A stretch of 63,810 nucleotides of DNA, counting the filler, from Reclinomonas americana ATCC 50394 (lineage: Eukaryota): assembly GCA_048213135.1 (NCBI GenBank). It is 12 parts of 7 records of this genome, joined end to end, with 100 filler letters (N's around TTAATTAATTAA, not from the genome) between each part and the next. Parts side by side here need not be neighbours in the genome. Positions count along the whole stretch, not along the records: positions 49,842 to 56,779 come from PS015894.1; positions 56,880 to 59,434 come from PS015895.1; positions 59,535 to 61,507 come from PS015895.1; positions 61,608 to 63,810 come from PS015895.1; 8 more parts are not named here. One strand, given 5' to 3'. Numbering within the stretch: position 1 is the stretch's first letter; each line of letters begins with the position of its first letter. Below are positions 51,630 to 61,655 of the stretch, piece by piece. The notes under the pieces are model-generated. The model worked only from the letters and a program-made list of their open reading frames with translations, searched no databases and was not told where the DNA came from. Both the position numbers and the translations under genes were made by a program.

Positions 51630-52982
51630 TCAGCGCTCGACGACGACCTTGTTGCGGGAGAGCAGCAGGTTGCTCGATCCGTGGAGCAGGACGAAGACAT
51701 TGCAGGCGTCGCTGGCGCCCTTCGTCACAGTCAGAACGATGTTGTTGACCGGCTGGTCGCTCGACAGGCCCTCGCGCCCGACGCTGTTCACCGGCGAGAC
51801 GGGCGAGAAGAACGGGGCAGCCGTGGTCGCGTTTCTGGCAATGAGTGCGTCCACCAGCGTCGAGCTGTACGGTACGATGCTGTACTCGTCCTGCAGATCG
51901 CTCTCCTTGTTCACGGCCTTGCAAAAGTCGAGGAAACGCTCGTACGGCTCGCGGGACGCGTTCGTGCAGTCGATCGCCAGCTGGCTTGCCACCTGGCCGT
52001 TGATGCGCCACTGATACGCGGACACGGCGGCGCGAATCGAGCTCAGCGTCTTCCAGGCAGCGTAGGTCGTGGCGTCGTCGACGTCGCTGGGCCGAATGAG
52101 TGCCTGCAGCGCGTTCGAGTAGCGGGTCTGGGTGTTCACGATGATGTTGAAGGTTCCAGCCCCGCCCGAGAGATTGATCGCTTGCGCCTCCACGTCGCGG
52201 ACGCGCATGACGACGGCGGCCGTCGGGTCAAGTGTCGCGCGGTCGAGCCGATCGATCATGGCGCGCTCGATATCGGGGTGGACCTGCACGTACGGCACAT
52301 TGAGGCTCAGATTCAAGATCGTCACATCGGCAGCCTGGGAGTCGGCGTCTGTGCGGTTCGTGAACCGGTTGGAGTTGTTGAAAGTCACGCGTACCTCCAC
52401 CCGCTCCAGGAGCGACACCGGGAACGCGTTTTTCGTGCTTGTGAGGCACGAAAAGTCGTCCGGGATCGGAACGTGGAATCTCGAGACGGAGAGAGGGGGG
52501 GCGCCTCCGGGCTGCACCAGCGCCGGCATCGCGTAAAGCGGATTGCTCAGCGCCCCGGCAGCAGACTGGGTCACCATGCCCATCTGCGCGCCCTGCGTCA
52601 CTCCCCAGTCTTGGCCGTGGCGAGAGATGTACGACGACATAATCTCGGAAAAGCCGTTGGCTGTGTCGGGCGTGACCCGAGTGCCGTTGACCCAGATGTC
52701 GAGAGAGCGGAACACGCCCCAGGGCTCACACTTCAGGGTCGCCACGTTCGTCGAAGAGCGCAGGTCGAAGCTGAAGTACGCGCCCATGTTGCCGCTGGAG
52801 CGGGCGATCCACCCGGCCTGCGGAAGCACGAACGTGCGGGTCTGGTTACCCGCTCCGACCAAGATGTCGCCGGTGTTGTCCGGCAAAACCTGGATCCACT
52901 CGGTGTCGTAGATGGCTGAGCGGTCCGGGAGGTCGTAGTGGACCATCTCGTCCGCGCGCACTTTCTGTGTCGGGCGATGCAT
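51630..52982 (-). CDS. Putative double-jelly-roll major capsid protein (450 aa)
   Basis: Size, beta-rich pattern and PLV-like segments RTFVLPQ..AYFSFDL, GVFRSLDIWVNGT, FPVSLLERVEVRVTF, ILNLSLNVPYV, YQWRING; sits beside ATPase and penton. Confidence 0.8.
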   Translation of the reverse strand: MHRPTQKVRADEMVHYDLPDRSAIYDTEWIQVLPDNTGDILVGAGNQTRTFVLPQAGWIARSSGNMGAYFSFDLRSSTNVATLKCEPWGVFRSLDIWVNGTRVTPDTANGFSEIMSSYISRHGQDWGVTQGAQMGMVTQSAAGALSNPLYAMPALVQPGGAPPLSVSRFHVPIPDDFSCLTSTKNAFPVSLLERVEVRVTFNNSNRFTNRTDADSQAADVTILNLSLNVPYVQVHPDIERAMIDRLDRATLDPTAAVVMRVRDVEAQAINLSGGAGTFNIIVNTQTRYSNALQALIRPSDVDDATTYAAWKTLSSIRAAVSAYQWRINGQVASQLAIDCTNASREPYERFLDFCKAVNKESDLQDEYSIVPYSSTLVDALIARNATTAAPFFSPVSPVNSVGREGLSSDQPVNNIVLTVTKGASDACNVFVLLHGSSNLLLSRNKVVVER

Positions 52983-53019
52983 CTTGACGCGATGTGGGCG
53001 CACCCCCGAGCTCCAAATG

Positions 53020-53913
53020 TCATTCGTCCTCGCCCTCCGCGTCTGCGAGTTCGCGCTCGATCGACTCCAGCTCCGCCAGGAGGGCCCTCCGCTCTTCGGC
53101 GCTCAGCCGCATGCTGGCCGGGGGCGGAGTGGGAGCCGGCTGTCTACTTCGGCGAAGTACAGCCGATGATGGCAACGTGTCGAGAGCGCCAAACGGGTCG
53201 TCGGCTTGCTGCTGCAGGCTACCCGCGAACTCTGTCGCGGGCGGCCCCTCTGGCTCTGGTCGCTTGCCAAGAGCGCTGTCGTAGTACTCTCGCCACTTCG
53301 CGGAATCGCCACGCAGCGGCACGTTGTGCTGCGCATAGCTAAGGTGGCCGAGCTTGAACTTGAACGCCTGGATGGCCGCGTTGGCCGCCTGTCTCGCCAG
53401 GAAGCCGTCAATTTTGCCAGAGCTAATGCCACGGCGCGCGGCCGTCACGAAGTTTCGGTCAGCCTCTCTGAGCGCAGCTTCGCGCTCGCGTGCCGACGGC
53501 AGAGTCGCCGCGCGGGTGTATTCGATATCGTGCCGGCGGAAGAGAGCGTCGAGCGCGTCCTTCGGTGCCACGCGCAGGTCGGCCGGCGTCAGTGGCTCGT
53601 CGGCTGCGAGCTTGCGGCCGGCGGAATAACCGGGTCCGCCCCAGTTTCCGTACACCGGTATCTGCCCCTTGCGCAGTCCCTGGAACACATCAATCGCCGC
53701 GTTCGCCACCTTCTCTCCCTCTGCCGTGAGCGCAGCCTTTGCACCCTTGCGAAAAAGGTCGAGGCCTATGTCCAATCCACGGTCGAGGACGGCGCGGCCA
53801 TCAGCATTCTCGTACGCCCAGCGCGGGTCAGAGGCTCCCGCTCGCGGCCGACTCTCGGCCTCCAGCTCCGCCTCAAGCGCGGCGAGTCGTTGTTGGCGGC
53901 GCCGCCGGCTCAT
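53020..53913 (-). CDS. Viral phospholipase A2-domain protein (parvovirus VP1u/PLA2X-like), 297 aa
   Basis: Ca-binding loop YGNWGGPG and catalytic helix PKDALDALFRRHDIEY, followed by READ. Confidence 0.88.
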   Translation of the reverse strand: MSRRRRQQRLAALEAELEAESRPRAGASDPRWAYENADGRAVLDRGLDIGLDLFRKGAKAALTAEGEKVANAAIDVFQGLRKGQIPVYGNWGGPGYSAGRKLAADEPLTPADLRVAPKDALDALFRRHDIEYTRAATLPSAREREAALREADRNFVTAARRGISSGKIDGFLARQAANAAIQAFKFKLGHLSYAQHNVPLRGDSAKWREYYDSALGKRPEPEGPPATEFAGSLQQQADDPFGALDTLPSSAVLRRSRQPAPTPPPASMRLSAEERRALLAELESIERELADAEGEDE

Positions 53914-54617
53914 CGTCTTCGGCGAAGATTGGCTCGTCCATATCGTAGAAAAAGGCACGCGGGTCTCTGGAGTTGACGTGCAGGGTGTGATATGGGTGCC
54001 TGTCGCGCCGATTCATGGCTCGCACGATTGCGAGAGCCTCGCGGAACGCCTTCTTGCCCGCCGGGGACATCTCTGCGAGCAGCTCGACGTCTGCCTCCTT
54101 AGCCGAAGCGAAGCAGACGCAGCTCGTAAACTGCTGGCGCGCGAGCTTGCTCACGCACCCCTTGAGGTACTGCACGCTGGCCCAGACGGTCAAGCCCACG
54201 TGTCGACACCAGGTCAACAGATCATTGAGCTTCCGACTCGTGCGGAAAGCTTCCATGCTGTCGTCCAGAACCAGCAGGTCAAAGCGTGGCTTGCCGTCCT
54301 CGATGCTCTTCCGGAGCTGAGCGACGATGTCGTCGATGACCGCGTCGCTGTACTCTTCGTGGATCTGCTCCTTTGGGATGGCGATGCGGTGACGGAAGAT
54401 GTCGTACTTCCACTGGCTGTGGATGAAGTGTATCTTATCGAAGACCATCTTGTACGGCCCCTCCAGCAGCGTGGCAAGCAACTCGCGCGCTCTTGCCAGA
54501 GCCGGTTGGTGCGCACACGAGCAAGTGCTGGCCCACTTTGGGCAGCCCGTCGGGGATGGCCGCGTTCCGCCGGTCGCGGGCGCGCTGGTCCTCGCCGCCG
54601 TGCACCCGGGTTTTCAT
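53873..54617 (-). pseudogene. A32/FtsK-HerA DNA packaging ATPase with a frameshift near 54485-54490
   Basis: Walker A LLVCAPTGSGKS in one frame; Walker B LLVLDD and RHVGLTVWASVQ in another; the 745 nt span is not a multiple of 3. Confidence 0.85.
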
Positions 54618-54657
54618 GCTTCGCTTAGACGCGCCCCGATGGATCTCTAACCGTGCG

Positions 54658-55461
54658 ATGCCGTTCCTCACGTGCAGCAGCTTTGCCCGCGAGTCGGGCA
54701 GCGACTCGGATTTCCGCTTGAACACGAACAGCGCGGCCAGCCTCGGCCGAGTGCAGGATGCAGCGCAGTTCCGGCGCGTGCGGCTTGTGCAGGCGACGCT
54801 GGTGTGGACTGCGTACAACGTCAGCTCGTCGAACAACACGCTCCGCATCCAGGAGAGCGGGAGTGGCAACCCGGCGTTCGCGGCCACTCTGCCCGAGGGG
54901 AACTACGACATCACCTCCATGGTCACAGCGCTGAAGGCGGCGCTCGACACCGCCTCGGAGACGTACGGACTCGACCGCACTTACACCGTCGTGTTCTCGG
55001 CAATCACGTCGAAGATCACAATCAGCGCCACTGGCCAGTTCAAGGTGCTTGCGCCGTCTGGCGGGCGGCTCGCTGGGCTGAACCAGCTGCTTGGCTACTC
55101 GCTGTCGTCGGACTCTGCTGCGTACGCATCGTCGCAGGCTGGGCCGCGCGTGGTGAACATGGCTCGCTATCCTTACGCGTTCATTCACAGCTCACTCGTC
55201 TCTCCCTCCTCTGCCTGGAACGCGATGTACTCCAGCGACGCCGCCGGCACACAGCGCGGCGAGCAACTTCCCATCCTTGCGTCCATCCCAGTGGCTTCCG
55301 CGTCGTTCGGCGATGTGATGACGTGGGTGCCACCGCAAAAGCAATGGCACGACTTGAGCGACCCACGCATCTCGAATCTCTCGTTTTCCATGCGCGACGA
55401 GACGGGAGCGCTCATCTCTCTCAACGGCGCATACTGGTCCTGCGTGTTGGAGGTGGAGTGA
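54658..55461 (+). CDS. Putative minor capsid protein (penton), 267 aa
   Basis: YNVSSSNN, TLPEGNY, LLGY, FIHSSLV, ILASIPV, ISNLSFSMRDETGALISLNG..CVLEVE: pattern typical of Polinton/PLV/virophage pentons. Confidence 0.85.
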   Translation: MPFLTCSSFARESGSDSDFRLNTNSAASLGRVQDAAQFRRVRLVQATLVWTAYNVSSSNNTLRIQESGSGNPAFAATLPEGNYDITSMVTALKAALDTASETYGLDRTYTVVFSAITSKITISATGQFKVLAPSGGRLAGLNQLLGYSLSSDSAAYASSQAGPRVVNMARYPYAFIHSSLVSPSSAWNAMYSSDAAGTQRGEQLPILASIPVASASFGDVMTWVPPQKQWHDLSDPRISNLSFSMRDETGALISLNGAYWSCVLEVE

Positions 55462-57204
55462 GCAACCGGACAACCCCAACCGGACAACACCCAGGGCGCG
55501 GCTGAAGCAGTACGGCTGAAGCAGTAGGAAGCGGAGAAGAGGGAGTTGTCCGGTAGCCGCTTTTTTCGGGCGGCGCGCGGCCTCCGGCGGTGTGGCGCTT
55601 GCTGCTGCCTCGGGTGGGGGGGGGGGGGGTGGGTGGGGGTGGGAGGGGTCCGGGCGGGGGGGGCCGGCCGTAAGGCGGAAGCCGCGCGCCTAGTGGGCTG
55701 CTGTACCGTACACTCCCGTCTTGGCCCGTACAGCAGGNNNNNNNNNNNNNNNNNNNNNNNNNNNNNNNNNNNNNNNNNNNNNNNNNNNNNNNNNNNNNNN
55801 NNNNNNNNNNNNNNNNNNNNNNNNNNNNNNNNTTAGATCACGTACTCGAAAAATCTTGGTGACGTACTAGTCAAATCGACCAACCCACCCCCCCCCCCCC
55901 CGTTTCGCGCAGGTTGGAGGACATGCATGTGTGCGTATGTAGGACGCGTTCCTCTTGGAGGGGTGAAGCAAACAGTGACGCATCGATGGGTGCTGCGTAC
56001 GGAGAGTGCCATAGATGGTTTGTTGGCACGTCTGCTTGATGGGCAAGAGGAGAGAAACAAGCATGAAACCGGACAGCCTCTTCACTTGCAACTGATGAGT
56101 GGAGGGAAGGCTGGGGGAAGTGGAGCACTGCAGTCTCCGGGGAAGGGTTTGCACAGTTGATGGCAGGGGACTTCTGAACTGCATTTGCAGACGACGACAG
56201 ATATCGCAAATATTATTAATATCGATGTGCAGAAGGCACCAGCAACGCACTCAGGGCTTCTCACCACCACCATGGAGAAGATCGCCCTCTTCTTCTACAC
56301 AATACCCTTTTCGCTCTGCCAAACACATGCGACAGGCAGACGTCGAGGACACCTTCCTTCATCTCTCTTGTTCGATACGTTACTGCGCGGCAGTGGTCTC
56401 GTGCATCGCCTTTTGCGTCGATGCGTCTTGCCTTCTGTTGGTGTTGTTGAGAGACAGTCGACAGTGTCGCTGTTGCAAAGCGCGTGGATACCGTCATCCT
56501 CCCCTCCCCCCTTTCCCGGCAACCACACAACAGCAAGCAATCCTGGTGTCTCTCCAGCTCCGCCAGTCGCACCGCAATCTGATGCTTCGCCACCGCGATC
56601 TTCAACAGTGTCTTGCTCAGTGTCACAGGCGGGTGTCGCCCACTCGACTCCAGTTGCATGTACGCACAAAAGGCTTCCTCTGCGCGAGTCACACTGCATT
56701 CCGCCATGGCCGCAGTCGCCAGCACCAGAACCTGACTGGGATCCACAACGACAATAGTGGTAGGAGATGGCGAGGAAATNNNNNNNNNNNNNNNNNNNNN
56801 NNNNNNNNNNNNNNNNNNNNNNNTTAATTAATTAANNNNNNNNNNNNNNNNNNNNNNNNNNNNNNNNNNNNNNNNNNNNCTGGTTGAGGAGATGGCGATG
56901 GAATGGGAGGAGAATGCGATGAAATGGGGAGTGTAGGTGGGGTTGATTGGGGGAGGGCGAGGAGTGGTGGAGTGGGAGGTGCGGGTGGTTCGAGTCTGTT
57001 GGTTGTGCGAGTGGTGGTTGTGGTGTGGGAGGGAGTGGGTTCGATGACGGTGAGGTGAGGGTGGGAGGAGTGGTGGCAGCCCATTCTGTTGATGAGTGCG
57101 GTGAGTGAGTGAGGACATGATTGTGGTGAATGACAACCGACGTTGTTGAACTGCTGGTTGTGTGTGGACGTCGTGTCGATGGCGTTGAAGCTTGTGTGTT
57201 GTTT

Positions 57205-58966
57205 TTATTCGACGAGGAAGACTTCGTAGTCGGCCACTTGGAAGTACTGCGATCCCATCAGGGTCGTGTAGTCGCATGCAGCGCCGTCGGTGCTCTGGAA
57301 CGAGTTTCCAAGGCCGCTGTAGCTGCTGCTGTTGCTGTTGCAGTTGTCAGCCAAGTAAAGGTCGTGTCCACCTCCGAATGTAGGCCCATGCCCAGAGTAG
57401 TGATTCACGGCATATTGTTTCCCATCGTCCATCAGTGAAAAGCGTCGCGCAGTTGCCCCACTCCACGACGCGGAGAACAAGAAGCTTGTGCCAGATGGAT
57501 CGGCAATATAGCTGCCCGCAGACTGCCACGACACAGGCGTGTATCCACCACACACTCGTCCCGTCGACGATTTGGCTACAGTCAGCGTCGGCCTGCGCAC
57601 AGTCACACACTCATCAGTCACCGAACACAGCAAGCTGTCGCTCTCCAATCACTCACCCACGACTGTCACACCGCTGGTGGAATGTGGTTACCCTAAATCC
57701 ATCCCGACTGCCCTTGAACAGCAACGTCAGCTTGGGCACACTCCCACTGCCGCCTCGCGCTTGCTGCACCCACTGCAGCACCACTCGCGCATCCGCCGCA
57801 CTCAGCAGATCGCTGTCAATCTTCCTCTCCGCTCGCTCGCGCTCCTCACGCTTCCTGGCCTCACGTTCCCGCTCTTCTCGCTCTCTGGCCTGCCGCTCTC
57901 GCTCCTCCCGCTCTCTGGCCTGTCGCTCACGCTCCTCCTGCTCTCTTGCCTGCCGCTCCCGTTCGGCGGCCTCTCGCTCCTGGATCGCTCGTTCACGCAT
58001 CTCCAGCGGCTCGAGACGGGCAAGCAGCTGCGGATTGACAGGAGAGAGAGAGAGAGAGAGAGAGAGTGAGTGAGGGAGACGAGAGATGCACCTAAAAATC
58101 CGCTGACAGCCACAATCAGACCTCAGCAACACCTTTCTCGAGAGCTTCGCGCATGCGCCGCTCAGAAGCAAGTTGCTCGTCTGTGGCTTGTCTCGCTTGT
58201 CGTTCGTCAGCCAGTTGCTGGCGGCACTCGACGAGCATCCCCACGCAGTCGATTGTTTGCTCACGGGCAGCCTGCACCTCAGCTTGTCTCGCCTCTCTCT
58301 CCTGAGCCAGCTGCTCTCTGCTTTCGGCCACCAGCTGCGACAGCTCGCGCACTTGCATGTGCAGCGAGGGAAGCTCTCGCACTAGATCATGCAACTGTGC
58401 AAGCACACGCCCGAAATCAGAACCAAGGGAGAGCATTTCTCATCAAACAACTCACACCCAACAAACCTCTCGCAGTGGCCGCTCGACTCGCAACACATCA
58501 CACACTCGTTCATGCTCCTCCCTCTCGCCAACGATTCCACGCCATCCACACCCCAGTTCACCACCACGACACACTGTTTGCTGCAGTCGGCACTCCGATT
58601 CTGTCACAGAGACACCACATCAGTGTCACGATACACCGCTCTCTCCATCAAAGCACACTTACCAAGATGCCTCTGCATATCCGCCAGTGAACACTGCTGC
58701 TGACACCCACGAGGACACGCTCGCATGCACCCACTCCAGCTGTGCTCCACCATCTCACTTAACGCCATCCTCACGCCACACCCGAGTGGACACTCCCGCA
58801 AGCATCCACTCCATTCATGCTCTGCCGTGCGATCGAGCGTCATCTGCTGTCCGCACCTCTCGCATGCGTGCGGGCACTGCAAGAGGCCATGTGTGCGGTA
58901 ATAGTCGCCCACCGTCTGTTCATCCACAAGTGAGCAGAGAGAACAGCAAGACACACAGCTCTCCAT
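57205..58966 (-). CDS. TRAF-like Zn-finger, coiled-coil and TLDc domain protein
   Basis: Repeated CxxxC..H..C units; charged coiled coil; LLFKGSRDGF..FHQRCD.RGPTL..GGYT..SFLFS..GPTFGGGHDL..YEVF. Confidence 0.9.
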
Positions 58967-59558
58967 GACGAACACAAACCATGGGTGCGTGGCACAGCGG
59001 GCATGTGATCTATGTTTCAGTGGTCAGCAATCAAGCAAACCACGGACTGCGAAAGTACCACCTTCTCGCCTTCAGATTGCCATAAGTAATCAGGCTAAGT
59101 CGTGGAGCCTGCTTCAACGTGGCCAGCGACGTGACTCCGTCGCCACACAGATCCACTCCAGCCTCCGTCACATGCGCACTGTCGCAAGGAAAGAGAGGGA
59201 GCGAGAGAGAGGGACGTCGGTGACCAGGTCGTGCTCTGTCGTCGTGCAAGCATGATAATTCTCACCGGCACAAGTGGTGGAGCTCGTGAGAGCACATGAC
59301 AAAATCCGGAGCACACAGATCCTAAAACAGCGAAGAGTGAGAATCGGAGCTCTCTTCTCTCACTCTCTTCTCTCTCTCTCTGTGCTTCTCCCTCTCTCTC
59401 TCTGTGTGTGCTTCTCCCCCCCTATCTCTCTCTTNNNNNNNNNNNNNNNNNNNNNNNNNNNNNNNNNNNNNNNNNNNNTTAATTAATTAANNNNNNNNNN
59501 NNNNNNNNNNNNNNNNNNNNNNNNNNNNNNNNNNTCTCTCTCTCTCGTCTCTCTCTCT

Positions 59559-59602
<44 letters not shown>

Positions 59603-59608
59603 TCTTCT

Positions 59609-59658
<50 letters not shown>

Positions 59659-59676
59659 TTCTCTTGCTCACACTCA

Positions 59677-60515
59677 CCATGCACACTGGACACAGGTATT
59701 GCTCCCCGATCGCCCGTGACTCTCCCACGACGTGCTCCATCCACAAACGCGGTGGTGCTTGCGCGTCAGTCACCGGTCGACGACGTACGGCCTGAACAGT
59801 GCAGAACTCGTGCTGTTCCTCGTCGCCAGTGAGTGCGTTCCTCAAGAGCATGACTTGCCGCTCGAGAACAATTCCGTCGTCCTCGCCCACTGGTGGGCGA
59901 GGTGCAGCGGAGCCGCTGCCTTCGCCGCCTTTGACGACGCCCTCGAATCCCATACGTGCGTGTGGAAAGAAGAGAACCCAGGAAAGTGAACGACAGGTTT
60001 GTGGACCGGATGCGTCTGGTTGTCGGGTTGTCTGATGACGGGATGTCTCTGTTTGAATGCAAAGTACCATGATGTGCAGAGGGAGACGGTGAATGAGTAA
60101 GTGGCGTGCAGTGTGCTGCTCGCCAGCCAGACCGGACCAGAGTTTGATCATGTCACTTGAATTCGCCGTAAACATTTCTCACCTAACATACAGGTTTGCA
60201 GCTTTCACCACTCCTGTTGTTTTCATTCCTCCTCTCTATACGTCGGCAATCTCGCCCGCTCACTCCTCCTCGGCGGTCGCAGCGGTGCACCATTCGATCG
60301 CGTCACTACAATATCCTGTCCAAACTCAAATGAGCGCCAACACCGATCCCACTTCTCATCAAACCTCCACACACCGACATCATCTCCAACGCCGGCGTCA
60401 ACGCCGACAATCCCTCCGTCGCACCATTGTCATCGCGTCTCCGTTTCCGCGGCGGCGATGCCGTCGATTGCACCGACTGCGATTGAGTGGCCAGCGCGGC
60501 AAACGCTCGCTTCAC
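59677..60515 (-). CDS. Possible RING-finger protein, 5' part; exon structure unresolved
   Basis: Exon ending EQYLCPVCM|gtgagt; upstream NLS-like PPRKRRR. Confidence 0.45.
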
Positions 60516-60809
60516 GGCGCGCTCACGCTCTGCGCAGTTAGCACAGTGAGAAAGATAATTCCTGAAGTGGCAACATGAATGCCACCTCTCTGTCTCTCAC
60601 AGGCACAAGAAGCTTGCCCCAATCTTACCCTTACAACAAAAGTTCTCCTTTCTTCTCTTTTTCTTGCCTCTCCCAGACGTCCTCTCCGTCTGTCTGTTCG
60701 CCTGTCTGTGTCGTCGCTCTTTCGTACAGCACCAGTTGCTCAATCATCTTTGGTGACGCACCCCTTTTTCCCTCTCTCTCTCTACCTCCCTCCTCCCACC
60801 CCACTCACC

Positions 60810-61411
60810 CTGCTTCATCTGCAACGCCGACTTCACCTCCGGCACCCCACTCCCCGACGGCGTCGACATGGAAGCCTGCGACTCCACCGCCTGCTGCGAC
60901 GGCGTCAACTTGCTCAAGTGCTGCTGCGAGCACACCACATACGACTCTTCCTCCTCCTCCTCCTCTGCTTCCTTCTTCACCTCCTCCTCCTTAATCTGCA
61001 CATCGTCCCCGGACACCGCAGGAGCGCTGCGTGTCGGCGACTGTGGACTCGGTGGGCACACTGGCACGGCTGCGGGACTCGCAGGTGCGCAGGTGACCTG
61101 TGTTGGGGGAAGGGCGTGTGAGTTGTTGGCAAAAGTGAAGAAAGAGGGCGATCCAATCACTCACCGATTCGTCTGCCGGTGGTGGCGGACTGGGTGGACA
61201 GGCGAGAGGAAGAGGGCCGACAGGGCTCGGGGGTGCCACGGCCGGGGGTGCCGAGTCAGCGACGGCGGGACTGGAAGAGGGGAAAAGGACAAGGTGTGAC
61301 AAGCATGAAGAAGAGAGAGCAGACGGCGACAGGGGAAAGGAGGAAGGGGGAGAGAGGGTTGCCGAGACAGGCACATCGTAGAACAGGATTGAGAGAACAG
61401 AGTTATGGAGC

Positions 61412-61457
<46 letters not shown>

Positions 61458-61607
61458 CTGAGTGAGCGTGTGTGTGTGTGGGAAGGGAGAAGCAGACAGC
61501 ATACGGANNNNNNNNNNNNNNNNNNNNNNNNNNNNNNNNNNNNNNNNNNNNTTAATTAATTAANNNNNNNNNNNNNNNNNNNNNNNNNNNNNNNNNNNNN
61601 NNNNNNN

Positions 61608-61655
<48 letters not shown>

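Larger units (their letters stand above)
49842..55737. mobile_element. Polinton-like/adintovirus-like dsDNA virus morphogenesis module (endogenous or co-assembled), incomplete
   Basis: Five intronless, tightly packed ORFs (spacers 37-44 nt, one 41 nt overlap): fibre, MCP, PLA2, ATPase, penton; none of the microsatellites seen in host DNA. Confidence 0.9.

Noticed and set aside
51586..52011. N-terminal extension of the 741-aa ORF called from 52011
   Set aside because: Overlaps the MCP in another frame; the ATG at 51585 is the plausible start.
50231..54628. Long plus-strand ORFs opposite the viral genes
   Set aside because: Antisense shadows of GC-rich coding sequence, with no motifs.
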